64,000 nucleotides of DNA from positions 128,001 through 192,000 of the forward strand of contig CAVXTP010000015.1 in the NCBI GenBank assembly GCA_963764715.1, read 5' to 3'. The stretch's first letter is position 1. Each line of letters opens with the position of its first letter. Below, in pieces: positions 42,902 through 52,891 of the stretch. The DNA comes from an uncultured Acidobacteriota bacterium. Its GTDB lineage: Bacteria > Acidobacteriota > Thermoanaerobaculia > UBA5066 > Gp7-AA6. Under the pieces are notes generated by a model. It was not told where the DNA came from and made no database searches. It was given only the letters and a program-made list of their open reading frames with translations. The translations under genes were made by a program, and so were the position numbers.

Positions 42902-43066
42902 CTACCCCACCAATGACGACCGCCGCTTGAAGTACTGCACGGCGCGCTCGTGCCGTTCCGCCGCCGCCCGATTCTCGAACGTTCCGAGGTTGCGCCGCTT
43001 GCCGGTCTTCGGATCTTTCTTGCGGGAGTACAACCGGTACTGGCCGGACTTGAGCTTTCGGATCAT
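42902..43066 (-). CDS. 54-aa highly basic small protein (not in the ORF track)
   Basis: GAGGAG RBS; MIRKLKSGQYRLYSRKKDPKTGKRRNLGTFENRAAAERHERAVQYFKRRSSLVG. Confidence 0.85.
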   Translation of the reverse strand: MIRKLKSGQYRLYSRKKDPKTGKRRNLGTFENRAAAERHERAVQYFKRRSSLVG

Positions 43067-43144
43067 CGCCGCCGCTCCTCGAACGAACCCACCGAATCCT
43101 AACCGCGGCCGACCCGGTTCATTCCGCCCAATCGCCGTGCGGCC

Positions 43145-43717
43145 TCAGGCCGGGACGTAGCTCGCGAGGACGACCCCTTTGGACGTCGCCCGGCTCTCGA
43201 CGAGCCGGAGCGCCGCCGGGGGCCCGCCGTCGGCGAAGAGGCGGCGCCCCGAGCCGAGAACGAGCGGGTGGATCAGGAGCAGGTACTGGTCGACGAGGTT
43301 GCGCCGCATGAGCGAGCGAACGAGCTCGCCGCTGCCGAAGACCAGGAGGTCCGGGCCCGAGCCCCGGCGGATTTCCGCGACCGAGTCCCCGGCATCGCCC
43401 GGAAGATGCGTCGAGTTCATCCAGGGCAGCGGCTCCTTCAAGGTCCGGGACGCCACGTACTTCGGCATGTTGTTGAGGATCTCGGTGAAGGGGTTGTCTT
43501 TTCGCCCGGGCCAGACGGCGTAGAAGTCCTCGTAGGTCCTCCGGCCGAAGAGCAGGGCGCCGGCCTCCCCCATGGCGCCTCCGGCCTCCTGCATCGCGGC
43601 GAACGGCGCGGCCCAGCCTCCGTGCTCGAAGCCTCCGCGGCGGTCCTCGTCCGGACGGCCCGGCGCCTGCATGACTCCGTCGAGCGTCAGGTTCGTGAAG
43701 ACGCAGACCTTGCTCAT
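43145..43717 (-). CDS. Dihydrofolate reductase / RibD C-terminal family protein
   Basis: TLDGVMQAPG, LLFGRRTY, KYVASRT, GSGEL, PLVLGSG. Confidence 0.92.
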   Translation of the reverse strand: MSKVCVFTNLTLDGVMQAPGRPDEDRRGGFEHGGWAAPFAAMQEAGGAMGEAGALLFGRRTYEDFYAVWPGRKDNPFTEILNNMPKYVASRTLKEPLPWMNSTHLPGDAGDSVAEIRRGSGPDLLVFGSGELVRSLMRRNLVDQYLLLIHPLVLGSGRRLFADGGPPAALRLVESRATSKGVVLASYVPA

Positions 43718-44550
43718 CGCTTCCCTCCCGGAGACGTCCCGGCCTCCTCGGCGAAGGCGGCTTCCCGATGGCGCTCGGGCGCGTACCGGGCGGCGAGCCA
43801 GCCGGTCGCCTTCGCGGGGTCGATCGACTGGACCAGCACCCCCTCCTCGCCGTACGGCAAGTGGGCCTGGCAGGCGCCCGAGGGATCGATCAGGCTCGTC
43901 GCCGATTCCTGGAAGCGCATCGCGTAGTTGACGCTCGCGAAGTAGATCGTGTTCTCGATGCTCCGCATCATCATGGCCTTCTCGTAATAGGGTCCGTCCG
44001 CCGCGCCCCAGGCCGTCAACCGGACGCCCTCGCGGTCGCTCCCGGTGAGCTGCGGATGGAAGACGATCTTCGCTCCCCGCGCGGCGGCCCACCGCACGGT
44101 CTCCGGATAGCGCCAGCCCTCGTGGCAGATCGCGATGCCGAACCGGACCCCGCCGACCTCGAAGACGCGCCGGCCGCGCCCCGGCACGTAGGACGGCTCC
44201 TCGCTCGGATCGATCTGGTTCTTCGTCTGGAATCCCAGGACCTCGCCGCGCGCGTCGATGACGTACGCGGCGATCTGCCGGCCCGCGTCCGTCGGCCGCT
44301 CGATCCCGACGATCGCGGCGAGCCGGAGGGCGCGCGCCCGCCCCGCGACGGCCCGGAGTGCCCGCTCCTGCGCGGCCGCGTCGAAGGGCGGGACCTCGAA
44401 ACCCTGTCCGCGCAGTCCCGGGAGGTAGGCCTCGGGAAAGCAGACGATCTCCGCGCCCTGCGCCGAAGCCTCGGCCATCAGCCGCTCGACCTTCTCCAGG
44501 CCCTCGTCGAGGCTCGAGGCGATGCGGGGCGACGCCAGCGCGACGATCAC
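43714..44550 (-). CDS. Carbon-nitrogen hydrolase (nitrilase superfamily)
   Basis: Glu-Lys-Cys triad: FPE, QTKN, ICHEG. Confidence 0.92.
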   Translation of the reverse strand: MIVALASPRIASSLDEGLEKVERLMAEASAQGAEIVCFPEAYLPGLRGQGFEVPPFDAAAQERALRAVAGRARALRLAAIVGIERPTDAGRQIAAYVIDARGEVLGFQTKNQIDPSEEPSYVPGRGRRVFEVGGVRFGIAICHEGWRYPETVRWAAARGAKIVFHPQLTGSDREGVRLTAWGAADGPYYEKAMMMRSIENTIYFASVNYAMRFQESATSLIDPSGACQAHLPYGEEGVLVQSIDPAKATGWLAARYAPERHREAAFAEEAGTSPGGKR

Positions 44551-44563
44551 GGGTGACCGGAGG

Positions 44564-45043
44564 CTACGCGAGCCCCGGGATCTGCGCCAGGTGGTGCTTC
44601 AGGTGGCCGACGTAGTCGCGCATGAAGTACTCGAGGGTCGCCGGCGTCTGCCTGGGAACGGGCTTCCATGCGAGCTCGTCGAGGTTGTGCCGCGCCCGCG
44701 GCTGCTCACGGACGGACGGGGGAAGGTTCTCGATCACCCGCGCCAGGTGCAGGTTGAAGAGGCGCCAGAGCCCGACGAGCTCCGCCCACGGCGCGCCCTG
44801 GTAGCCCTGCGCCGCGACCCAGGATTCCTGCTCGTATCCGGCGAAGACGAGATCGTCCATGAACCGGACGCGGACGAAACGCTGGTGGTTGTTCGACGCG
44901 GAATCGATCAGGTGGCCGATGACCTGCTTCGGCGACCACTTCCCGGGCGCCGGCGGCTTCGACGCCTCGGCGTCCGGGATGGCGAGGAGGCGGGGCGTCG
45001 CGGCCGCGACGGCTTCACGCAGCTCCGCTTCGACGGTGCTCAC
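44564..45043 (-). CDS. DinB family protein (YfiT/BstA-like)
   Basis: GKWSPKQVIGHLIDS and YVGHLKHHL. Confidence 0.88.
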   Translation of the reverse strand: MSTVEAELREAVAAATPRLLAIPDAEASKPPAPGKWSPKQVIGHLIDSASNNHQRFVRVRFMDDLVFAGYEQESWVAAQGYQGAPWAELVGLWRLFNLHLARVIENLPPSVREQPRARHNLDELAWKPVPRQTPATLEYFMRDYVGHLKHHLAQIPGLA

Positions 45044-45048
45044 TGCGG

Positions 45049-45321
45049 TCAGGCCTCTGCTCTCAGGATGAACAACCAGAAATACACCGGCTCGACGAGC
45101 GGCCCGGCGAGAAGGATCCCGATCCGCCACGCGCGCTCGGTCCCCTCGGGCACGAGCCCGTTCTTTCCGACGTCCCAGAGATACACGAGCAGCAGGACCG
45201 CCTGCAGCACGAGGACCCCGACGATCAGCGTGAGATCGAGATCGGCGTAGAAGAGCGCCACGCTCGCGACGAGTTGAATGACGGTCGCGCCGCCGAGCAC
45301 GGCCTTGCCGGAACGGGTCAT
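45049..45321 (-). CDS. Small membrane protein
   Basis: Three hydrophobic segments; fills the gap between neighbours. Confidence 0.65.
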   Translation of the reverse strand: MTRSGKAVLGGATVIQLVASVALFYADLDLTLIVGVLVLQAVLLLVYLWDVGKNGLVPEGTERAWRIGILLAGPLVEPVYFWLFILRAEA

Positions 45322-45356
45322 TCCGCGATCATCTCACCTCGCCGCCGCCACCGGCC

Positions 45357-46160
45357 TCAGCGATGCTGGTCGAAGAGCCAGCGGAAGAGGTCGGGATCGG
45401 CGTAGGCCTTCGGCGGCGCGTCGATGTGGTCGGCGCCCGGCAGCTCCGTGTAGCGCACCGGCGCCCCGACCGCCTTGAGCGCGGCCGCGAGCCTGCGCGA
45501 TTCGTCGACGGGGACCACCGCATCCGCGTCGCCGTGAAAGATCCACACGGGCGTCTTCGCGAGCTTCGCCGCAAACGCCGCGTACGGGTCCTCGGCGGCC
45601 GCGGCCGGGTTCGCCGCGCGATCGATCGCGACCTCCTCGGCCGTGTAATTGGCGCCCGGGGCGATCCGGCCCGCCACGACGACGACCGCCGCGAACCGCT
45701 CGGGCCACTTCGCCGCGAGCCGGTAGCCGCCGCTCCCGCCCATCGAGTAGCCGTGAAGGTAGACGCGCGCCGGGTCGACGCGAAACTCCGCGACCGTGCG
45801 GTCGAGCTCGGCCAGGACGAGCCGCTGCATCGCGGGATCGAACCAGCGCGTGCCGGCCTGCGCCTGGGGGAAGACGACGATCGCCGGAAACGGAGCGCGG
45901 TTCTCGCGGATGCGGATCGCGAAGTCCGTTCCCGTCGGCCGCATCCCGTCGCTTCCCTGCCGGCCGTTGCCGTGCAGGGACACGATCACGGGCCACGCTT
46001 TCGAGGCCGCGTAGTCGGACGGCACGTAGACCTGGTAGCGATGCGGCTCGCCGCCGACCGAAACCGTGCGGTCGAGGAATCCCGTCGACGTGTCGGCCGG
46101 GGCACCCGCCGCCGGAAGGAGCGCGGCGAGCGCGAGCAGCAGAGCGGCGCGGGCGGGCAT
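45357..46160 (-). CDS. Secreted carboxylesterase/peptidase (alpha/beta hydrolase)
   Basis: YQVYVP, LHG.G, GYSMGG, FHGDAD.VVP, C-terminal His. Confidence 0.9.
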   Translation of the reverse strand: MPARAALLLALAALLPAAGAPADTSTGFLDRTVSVGGEPHRYQVYVPSDYAASKAWPVIVSLHGNGRQGSDGMRPTGTDFAIRIRENRAPFPAIVVFPQAQAGTRWFDPAMQRLVLAELDRTVAEFRVDPARVYLHGYSMGGSGGYRLAAKWPERFAAVVVVAGRIAPGANYTAEEVAIDRAANPAAAAEDPYAAFAAKLAKTPVWIFHGDADAVVPVDESRRLAAALKAVGAPVRYTELPGADHIDAPPKAYADPDLFRWLFDQHR

Positions 46161-46167
46161 CGCCGCC

Positions 46168-46449
46168 CTACTCGCGAAGGCCGGGAACGAACCGGTGGAT
46201 GGCGAAGGCGGCGGCCGCCAGGAGAACGAGGAGGATGAGGCCGGTGAGCGGCGAGAGCTCCGACCGCGACGAGAAGTACCAGCCCGAAAACACGAGGCCG
46301 CCCAGGACCGCGACGAGGAGCGGCTCGAGGCTCAGGTTCGACAAGCTCTTGCCGGCGAACCCGTGCGCGCGCGAGGCCTCGAACCACACTCCGACCGGAA
46401 GGACGACGAGCGCGCTCAGCCAGCCGAGGGTTCGTGCGGGTCTTGCCAC
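46168..46449 (-). CDS. Small membrane protein
   Basis: Three hydrophobic segments; GGGAG RBS. Confidence 0.6.
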   Translation of the reverse strand: MARPARTLGWLSALVVLPVGVWFEASRAHGFAGKSLSNLSLEPLLVAVLGGLVFSGWYFSSRSELSPLTGLILLVLLAAAAFAIHRFVPGLRE

Positions 46450-46480
46450 CGTCTAATCTCCCTTCGCGGTCTCCATGATC

Positions 46481-47404
46481 TCACCGGGTCCGGTAGACAT
46501 CGGTGCTCAGGTACTTCAGACCCGAGTCGATCATCAAAGTGACCACCTTCGCGCCCCGGCCGAGCCGCTCGGCCACCCGAAGCGCAGCGACCACGTTGGC
46601 CCCGGACGACGTCCCCGCGAAGAGGGCTTCCTCGCGCGCGAGCCGCCGCGCCATCGTCTCCGCCTCGTCGGTGCCGACCGCCAGGACCTCGTCCACGAGA
46701 CCCGGCTCCCACAGCGGCGGCGTGCGGCCGATCCCGATTCCCTCGATCCGGTGCGCTCCCGCGGGGCCGCCCCGCAGCACCGAGGATTCCGCGGGCTCGA
46801 CGACGACGTTCCGGACCCTCGGATCGTGGCGCTTCAGGACGCTCGCGACGCCGCGCGAGGACGCGGCCGCGCCCGCGGAGTGGACGAACGCATCGATCCG
46901 GCCGCCCGTCTGGCTCCAGATCTCCTCGCCGAGCCCGTGGTAGCCCGCGATGCTGTCCTGGTTGTTGAGCTGGTCGATCCAGTAGGTGCGAGGCTCCCGG
47001 CTGATCTCGCGGGCGGCCTCGATCATGTCCTGGATCAGCTTCCGGGTCGTCAGGCCCCCCTCGCTCGGAACGAGCGTCAGCTCCGCGCCGAGCGCCGCCA
47101 TGTGGTCGCGCTTCTCCTGGCTGAATGCGTCGGACGTGACGATCCGGAGACGGTAGCCCCGCGCGGCGCAGACGAGCGCGAGCGAGGTCCCGGTGCTTCC
47201 TCCGGTGTACTCGACGACGGTGTCGCCGGGCTTCAGGCGGCCGTCCGCCTCGGCCCGCGTGATCACCGAGAGCGCCATCCGGTCCTTCATGCTGCCGGTG
47301 GGGTTCTCCCACTCGAGCTTCGCGAAGATCTCCGCCGAGCCGGGCGGCACGAGCTTGCAGAGCCGGACCATCGACGTGTTTCCGATGGCATCGAGGATGT
47401 TCAC
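46481..47404 (-). CDS. Cysteine synthase family PLP enzyme
   Basis: IGNT, KLEWENPTGSMKDR, HRIEGIG, GTSSGAN, KYLS. Confidence 0.92.
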   Translation of the reverse strand: MNILDAIGNTSMVRLCKLVPPGSAEIFAKLEWENPTGSMKDRMALSVITRAEADGRLKPGDTVVEYTGGSTGTSLALVCAARGYRLRIVTSDAFSQEKRDHMAALGAELTLVPSEGGLTTRKLIQDMIEAAREISREPRTYWIDQLNNQDSIAGYHGLGEEIWSQTGGRIDAFVHSAGAAASSRGVASVLKRHDPRVRNVVVEPAESSVLRGGPAGAHRIEGIGIGRTPPLWEPGLVDEVLAVGTDEAETMARRLAREEALFAGTSSGANVVAALRVAERLGRGAKVVTLMIDSGLKYLSTDVYRTR

Positions 47405-47431
47405 GGGCCCGTTCTCCGAAGCGCGATCGGA

Positions 47432-47980
47432 TCAGAAGCTGAGGAGCGCATAGCCCCGGTTCTGATAGGTCATCAGGACGATCAAGGCATCGCTCGCCAC
47501 GGTCACGCTCGGCGCCAGCGTCGCCGGGTCGATGTGCTCGAAGGCGAGGTACTGGCCGCAGACGAACAGCTCGACGCCGGCCTTCCGGAACTGCTCGAGG
47601 ACCGGCAGATTCGGATTGGACGTTCCGAATTTCGCCCGGTAATGGGCCTCGTCGAGCAGGCCGTCGACGGCGGCTCCGTGAAACGTCACGACGAAGCTCA
47701 CGCTTCCGAGGGCTACGCCGGCCACCCCGAACGCGTTGAGCTCGGAGCCGGCCATGTTGAGCGCCGGGATCAACTCGGTGGGCTTCCCCGCGCGCCGCGT
47801 GGCGTCGAAGACCGCGCGGTAGCTGCCGGTCTTTTCCGGCGGAATCGCCGCTCCGGGAATGGCCACGTAGCCGTCGGCGGCGGGGATGACGGGCGCCCGG
47901 GGAGGAGGCCAGGGCCGCATCGGGGGGCTGGCCGCGAGCGTCAGGAGCACGATCGGAGCGACGAAGAGACGGTGAAGCAT
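47432..47980 (-). CDS. Exported DsrE/DsrF-like protein
   Basis: Signal peptide; YRAVFD, VTFHG.A, GVELFVCGQ, YQNRGY; AGGAGG RBS. Confidence 0.85.
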   Translation of the reverse strand: MLHRLFVAPIVLLTLAASPPMRPWPPPRAPVIPAADGYVAIPGAAIPPEKTGSYRAVFDATRRAGKPTELIPALNMAGSELNAFGVAGVALGSVSFVVTFHGAAVDGLLDEAHYRAKFGTSNPNLPVLEQFRKAGVELFVCGQYLAFEHIDPATLAPSVTVASDALIVLMTYQNRGYALLSF

Positions 47981-48053
47981 GGGCACCTCCTGCGTCACGA
48001 CGGGTCGAGGATATCGAGGTCGAAAGCCGCCGGGGTTCATCCCGGATGAAAGG

Positions 48054-48602
48054 TCACGACCGGGGAGCGCCGTCGGACGGGGTCCGGAGGATCGAGAGAT
48101 AGGCCTTCCAGGGGCCGACGGCCGCCGAGTATTGCCGCGCCATGACGCGGACCACCTGGCCGAGGTGGCTCAGGTCGTGGGCCACCCAGGTCGACAGGTG
48201 CTGGCGGAGCGTCACGGCCCCGAGCTGCGGGTGGAGGCCCGGACGCGCCAGGTCGGCGTCCGTCAGGCGAAGCGCGGCCAGCCGGTCGAGGCTCCCGGCC
48301 CGCAACCCGGCGAAGGTGTCGAGGAGCTCGCCGAGCGAGAGCCCCCGCGACGCGGCGAACATCGCCTCCCGGTCGAAGGTCGGGAACGGGACGGCGTCGC
48401 CGTGCCGGAGCAGGTGCTCGACGCGCGGCATCCAGTCGGTCCGCTCGCCGTGGATCAGGTGCCCCACGACGTCGAACGGGCTCCACGTCCCCGGCCCCTC
48501 GGTGGCCTCGATCCAGGGGCCGGGAAGGTCGGAGAGCAGGGCGCCGAGAACCGCGGGCGTACGCCGGAGAACCGGCAGGCCGTCGTCCAGCTGGAACTCC
48601 AC
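48054..48602 (-). CDS. DinB family protein
   Basis: WSPFDVVGHL and WVAHDLSHLGQ; GAGGAGG RBS before GTG. Confidence 0.9.
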   Translation of the reverse strand: MEFQLDDGLPVLRRTPAVLGALLSDLPGPWIEATEGPGTWSPFDVVGHLIHGERTDWMPRVEHLLRHGDAVPFPTFDREAMFAASRGLSLGELLDTFAGLRAGSLDRLAALRLTDADLARPGLHPQLGAVTLRQHLSTWVAHDLSHLGQVVRVMARQYSAAVGPWKAYLSILRTPSDGAPRS

Positions 48603-48625
48603 GAATGACCTCCTCGCTCGATCGT

Positions 48626-51184
48626 TCAGGCCGTCGCGTTGCGGGCCTGCGCGTAGAAAACCCTCTTGGCGACTTCCGTGACCGCGACATAGAGCGCCGT
48701 CAGCCCGATCATCGCCAGCATGAGCGGCGCCGGCAGCGGAACGAAGCCGAACATCGCCTGGAAGGGCAGGTAGGGCAGGACGAGCGTCACCCCGACGACG
48801 GCCGCCGTGCTCGCCAGCAGGAGCGTGCTCGGCCGGCTGCGGAAGAAAGGATGGCGCGTCCGCACGACGAGCGCGATGACGAGCTCCGTCAGCAGAGACT
48901 CGACGAACCAGCCGGTGCGGAATTCCTGCGGCGACGCGCGGAAAACGAGGATCAGGGCCCCGAAGGCCAGGAAGTCGAAGATCGAGCTGACGAGGCCGAA
49001 GAGCACCATGTAGTCCCGGATGAACCTTGTGTTCCAGCGACGCGGCCTCTCCACCCATTCCGGGTCCACGTTGTCACCGGCGATGGTCATGGCGGGAATG
49101 TCGGACAGGAAGTTGTTGAGCAGGATTTGTGACGCGAGCAGGGGGAGAAACGGAAGGAACAACGAGGCCGCGGCCATGCTGAACATGTTGCCGAAGTTGG
49201 CGCTGATGGTCGTCAGAACGTACTTGAGCGTGTTGGCGAATGTCCGGCGGCCCTCGTCGATGCCCTCCCGGAGGATGTCCAGATCCCGCTCGAGCAGCAC
49301 GAAGTCCGCCGCGCCCTTGGCCACGTCGACCGCCGTGTCCACCGAGATGCCGACATCGGCGGCCTGCAGCGCCGGCGCGTCGTTGATGCCGTCGCCCATG
49401 TAGCCGACCACGTGCCCGGTCTTGCGGAGCGCGAGAATGATGCGCTCCTTCTGGTTCGGGTCGACCTCCGCGAAAATCGTGGTGCGCTCGGCGGCGTTCC
49501 AGAGCGCCTCGTCCCGCATGTCGTTCAAAGCGCGGCCGGTCAGAACGCCCTCGACCGGCAGCTTCACGGCCTCCGCGACGTGCCGGGCCACCTTCTGGTT
49601 GTCGCCGGTGATGATCTTGAGCCGGACCCCCCGGCTCGCCAGGTCCGCGATCGCCCGCTCGACACCGGCCTTCGGCGGATCGAAGAACAGCAGGAACCCG
49701 GCGAAGGTCAGGTCGCTTTCATCGGCGTACGAATAAGAGGCGGACTTCTCATCGACCCTCTTCGTCGCCACCCCCAGCACCCGGAAGCCCTGGCCGCTCC
49801 AGTCGCTGTATCGCCGCTCGATGCCGGCCCGCCTCGCGTCGTCGAGCGGCCGGGCTTCTCCTCCCTCCTGCACGCGGCGGCAGATCGACAGAATGCTCTC
49901 CAGCGCGCCCTTGGCGATGAGGGTCCGCTCGCCCTGCGCATCCGCCGTCACCACGCTCAGGCGCTTGCGCACGAAGTCGTACGGGATCTCGTCGACTTTG
50001 CGGTCCGTTCCGCCGGTCACCCCGGCCTCCCGAGCGCACGCCTGAACCGCTTCGTCGAGCGGGTTGGCGAGCCCCGTCTGGTAGAGCGCGTTGAGATAGG
50101 TGCAGCGCAGAACCGCGTTCGAGGACCGGCCCTCGGGGTCGAGCGCGCCGTCGAGCCGCACGACGCCTTCCGTGAGAGTGCCGGTCTTGTCGGTGCACAG
50201 CACGTCCATGCTGCCGAAGTTCTCGATCGAGTTGAGCCGCCGCACGATCACGCCGCGCCTGGCCATCCGCTGCGCGCCGTGCGAGAGCGTGATGCTGATG
50301 ATGGCGGGCAGAAGCTCCGGGGCCAGCCCGACCGCCAGCGCGAGCGCGAAGAGGAGGGAGTCGATCGGCGGTTTGGCGCGGAAGATGTTGACGGCGAGAA
50401 CGACGACCACCATGACGAGCATGACCCGGGTCAGGAGATACCCGAACCGCTGGATGCCCCGCTCGAACTCGGTCTCCGGCGGCCGCAGGCTCAGCCGTTG
50501 GGCGATCTGGCCGAACACCGTGGCCCGGCCCGTCTGCACGATCAGGACGCGCGCCGCGCCGCTGCCGACGCTCGTTCCCATGAAGACGGCGTTGGTGCGC
50601 TCGGCCAGGCTCGCCGTCGCGGCGAGGACCCCGGGCATCTTCTCCGTGGGAAACGTCTCCCCCGTCAGCACGGCCTGCTTGACGAAGAAGTCGTTGGCCT
50701 CCAGCACGACGCCGTCGGCCGGGACCAGGCTGCCCGCCGAGAGCAGGACCACGTCGCCCGGCACCAGCTGCTCCGACGGGAGCAGCCGCGTCTGCCCGTC
50801 GCGCAGGACGCTCGCCTTGATGCTGACCTGCGATCGCAGCCTTTCGACGGCGTTGCTCGCCCGGTACTCCTGCACGAACCCGAGCATCGTGCTGCCGACG
50901 ACCACGGCCAGCACGATCACGGCGTCGGTCCACTCCCCCACGAAGCTGGAAACCGTGGCGGCGAAGATGAGGATGAGAACGAGCGGGCTCTTGAACTGGC
51001 TGACGAAGAGGCCGAGCGCCGTCGCCCGGCGCTTCGCGGCGAGCGCGTTCGGCCCGTACTGCCTGGCGCGGGCCTCGGCCTCGGCGCTCGCGAGACCCCG
51101 GGCCGAGCTGCCGAGGTCCGAGAGCAGTCGCTCGGCGGGGAGGCTCCAGTAAGCCGGCGGGCTGGCCTGCATCTCGGGTCGCAT
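48626..51184 (-). CDS. mgtA: Magnesium-translocating P-type ATPase
   Basis: LTGE, PELLP, DKTGTLT, TGDN, GDGINDA, SANFGNMFS. Confidence 0.93.
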   Translation of the reverse strand: MRPEMQASPPAYWSLPAERLLSDLGSSARGLASAEAEARARQYGPNALAAKRRATALGLFVSQFKSPLVLILIFAATVSSFVGEWTDAVIVLAVVVGSTMLGFVQEYRASNAVERLRSQVSIKASVLRDGQTRLLPSEQLVPGDVVLLSAGSLVPADGVVLEANDFFVKQAVLTGETFPTEKMPGVLAATASLAERTNAVFMGTSVGSGAARVLIVQTGRATVFGQIAQRLSLRPPETEFERGIQRFGYLLTRVMLVMVVVVLAVNIFRAKPPIDSLLFALALAVGLAPELLPAIISITLSHGAQRMARRGVIVRRLNSIENFGSMDVLCTDKTGTLTEGVVRLDGALDPEGRSSNAVLRCTYLNALYQTGLANPLDEAVQACAREAGVTGGTDRKVDEIPYDFVRKRLSVVTADAQGERTLIAKGALESILSICRRVQEGGEARPLDDARRAGIERRYSDWSGQGFRVLGVATKRVDEKSASYSYADESDLTFAGFLLFFDPPKAGVERAIADLASRGVRLKIITGDNQKVARHVAEAVKLPVEGVLTGRALNDMRDEALWNAAERTTIFAEVDPNQKERIILALRKTGHVVGYMGDGINDAPALQAADVGISVDTAVDVAKGAADFVLLERDLDILREGIDEGRRTFANTLKYVLTTISANFGNMFSMAAASLFLPFLPLLASQILLNNFLSDIPAMTIAGDNVDPEWVERPRRWNTRFIRDYMVLFGLVSSIFDFLAFGALILVFRASPQEFRTGWFVESLLTELVIALVVRTRHPFFRSRPSTLLLASTAAVVGVTLVLPYLPFQAMFGFVPLPAPLMLAMIGLTALYVAVTEVAKRVFYAQARNATA

Positions 51185-51201
51185 GGTCGGCGGCGCCGCG
51201 C

Positions 51202-51579
51202 CTAACCGTCCGGCGACTTCGCCGCCTCCGGTCCCTGCTCGTAGAACTGCAGGCAGACTCCCGAGGGAACGATCATGTGGAACTCCCGGCGTCCCCAGGA
51301 CTTCATCTCGAGCGGGCCGACCCTCGCGGGGATCCGGCGGTACTCCTCGTACAGCGCCTCGAGCCCGGAGACGCCGATGCTGAAGCTCGCGTTGTCGGCC
51401 CAGGCCCGCTCGGCGCTGACGACGAGGTTGAAGGCGATTCCGTCGCGCCGGATCCCCGCCATCGTGTCGCTCCGCCAGATGGTCTCGAATCCCATGTGGC
51501 GTGTGTAGAAGACGAGCGCGTCGGCGAGGCTCCCGCCGGTCGGGATCAGGGGGACGACGGACCGCAGCGTCGGTGTCAC
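51202..51579 (-). CDS. VOC/glyoxalase family protein
   Basis: VVPLIP, FY...GF, WGRREF...PSG. Confidence 0.8.
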   Translation of the reverse strand: MTPTLRSVVPLIPTGGSLADALVFYTRHMGFETIWRSDTMAGIRRDGIAFNLVVSAERAWADNASFSIGVSGLEALYEEYRRIPARVGPLEMKSWGRREFHMIVPSGVCLQFYEQGPEAAKSPDG

Positions 51580-51607
51580 TCGGCCGGCGGCTCTCCGGGG
51601 CCGCGTC

Positions 51608-52127
51608 TCAGGGCCGCCCGGAACGCAGGCGCGGGGCCCATCGGCCCACGCTCCGCGTGTACCGCTCGTACGATTCCCCGAAGCGCCGGCGGAGGTAGGG
51701 CTCCTCGTACCCGATCACGAAGACGTTCACCATCGCGAAGAAAACGGCCCAGTAGAGCAGAAGCCCGCGCGACCGGATCAGGGCGGCCTCGCCCAGGACG
51801 ATCAGGCTCACGCCAACGTACATGGGATTGCGCACGTAGCGATAGAGCCCGCGGACCACGAGCTCCCGTGGGGGATCGGCCGGGGACAGCGTCCCGCGAC
51901 CCGAGCGGGCGAACTCCCGGATGCACGTCAGAAGGATGACGTGCGCCGATCCCGGCGCACAGCAAGCCGAGCGTGTCGACGGGGCTCCGGAGGTCGGGCC
52001 GCGCGGCGGAGAGGCCGAAGTACCGCCACGGGACATACCCCGCGACGAGGCCCGGAAGGAGGATCGTCCAGAAGAGACTCCGGAGGACGAGGCCCACCGG
52101 GATGCGGCCCGGGCCGCCGGCGGTCAT
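51608..52127 (-). pseudogene. Isoprenylcysteine carboxyl methyltransferase/PEMT family, +1 frameshift near 51941 (possibly a sequencing error)
   Basis: N-terminal TM half in one frame; GRGT..P.DPP.ELVVRGLYRYVRNPMY and YEEP.L..RFG.SY in the next. Confidence 0.8.
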
Positions 52128-52134
52128 CGAACGC

Positions 52135-52776
52135 TCACGCCGCTCCCGGCCCGGCGCCCGCCGCCGGGCCCTCGAAGAATTCGACGAGCCCGGACTCCAG
52201 CGAATACTCCGCGCCCGCCACGACGAGACGCCCGTCCTGGATGCACTGCTCGAGAATCCCGGACCCGTGGCGAAGATGGTCGACGGACGCGCGCACGTTG
52301 GCCCGCACCGCCTGGGCCACGAGCGCCTCCGGGTCGCGGCGGAGCTCCGTCGCGAGCAGCGTCTCGACCGAGGGCCGCACGCGGTCGACGATCGACCGGA
52401 GGTTGCGGGACTGGCTTTCCGACGGCCGGTTGAGCTCGTCCAGGGTCGCGAGCACGGCGCCGCACCGGGAGTGGCCGAGGACGACGACGAGCGGCGTCCC
52501 GAATCGCTCGACCGCGAACTCGACGCTTCCGATCTGCGAGGGAGCCACGATGTTCCCGGCGACCCGGATGACGAAGAGGTCCCCGAGCCCCTGGTCGAAC
52601 ACGATCTCGGCGGGCACGCGCGAATCGGAGCAGCCGAGAATCACGGCGAACGGCTCCTGCCCCCCGGCGAGCTCGGTGCGGCGCAGCAAGGTCGCGACCG
52701 CGCCGCCGGACGAACCCGACGCGAACCGTTGGTTGCCCGTGCGGAGGCGCTCCAGGGCCTCGGTTGCCGACATCAT
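52135..52776 (-). CDS. Beta-class carbonic anhydrase
   Basis: CSDSRV, RVAGN, GHSRCGA. Confidence 0.95.
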   Translation of the reverse strand: MMSATEALERLRTGNQRFASGSSGGAVATLLRRTELAGGQEPFAVILGCSDSRVPAEIVFDQGLGDLFVIRVAGNIVAPSQIGSVEFAVERFGTPLVVVLGHSRCGAVLATLDELNRPSESQSRNLRSIVDRVRPSVETLLATELRRDPEALVAQAVRANVRASVDHLRHGSGILEQCIQDGRLVVAGAEYSLESGLVEFFEGPAAGAGPGAA

Positions 52777-52891
52777 GAAGGTGACCCCTCCGATTCGCCG
52801 AACGGTGCCGCCGGCGAGGCGGAATCATACGGTCTCGTGAGGCCGGCCGGGCTGCGAGGCATCGAAACCGGTGCCGGAGGAAGCGGGAACA

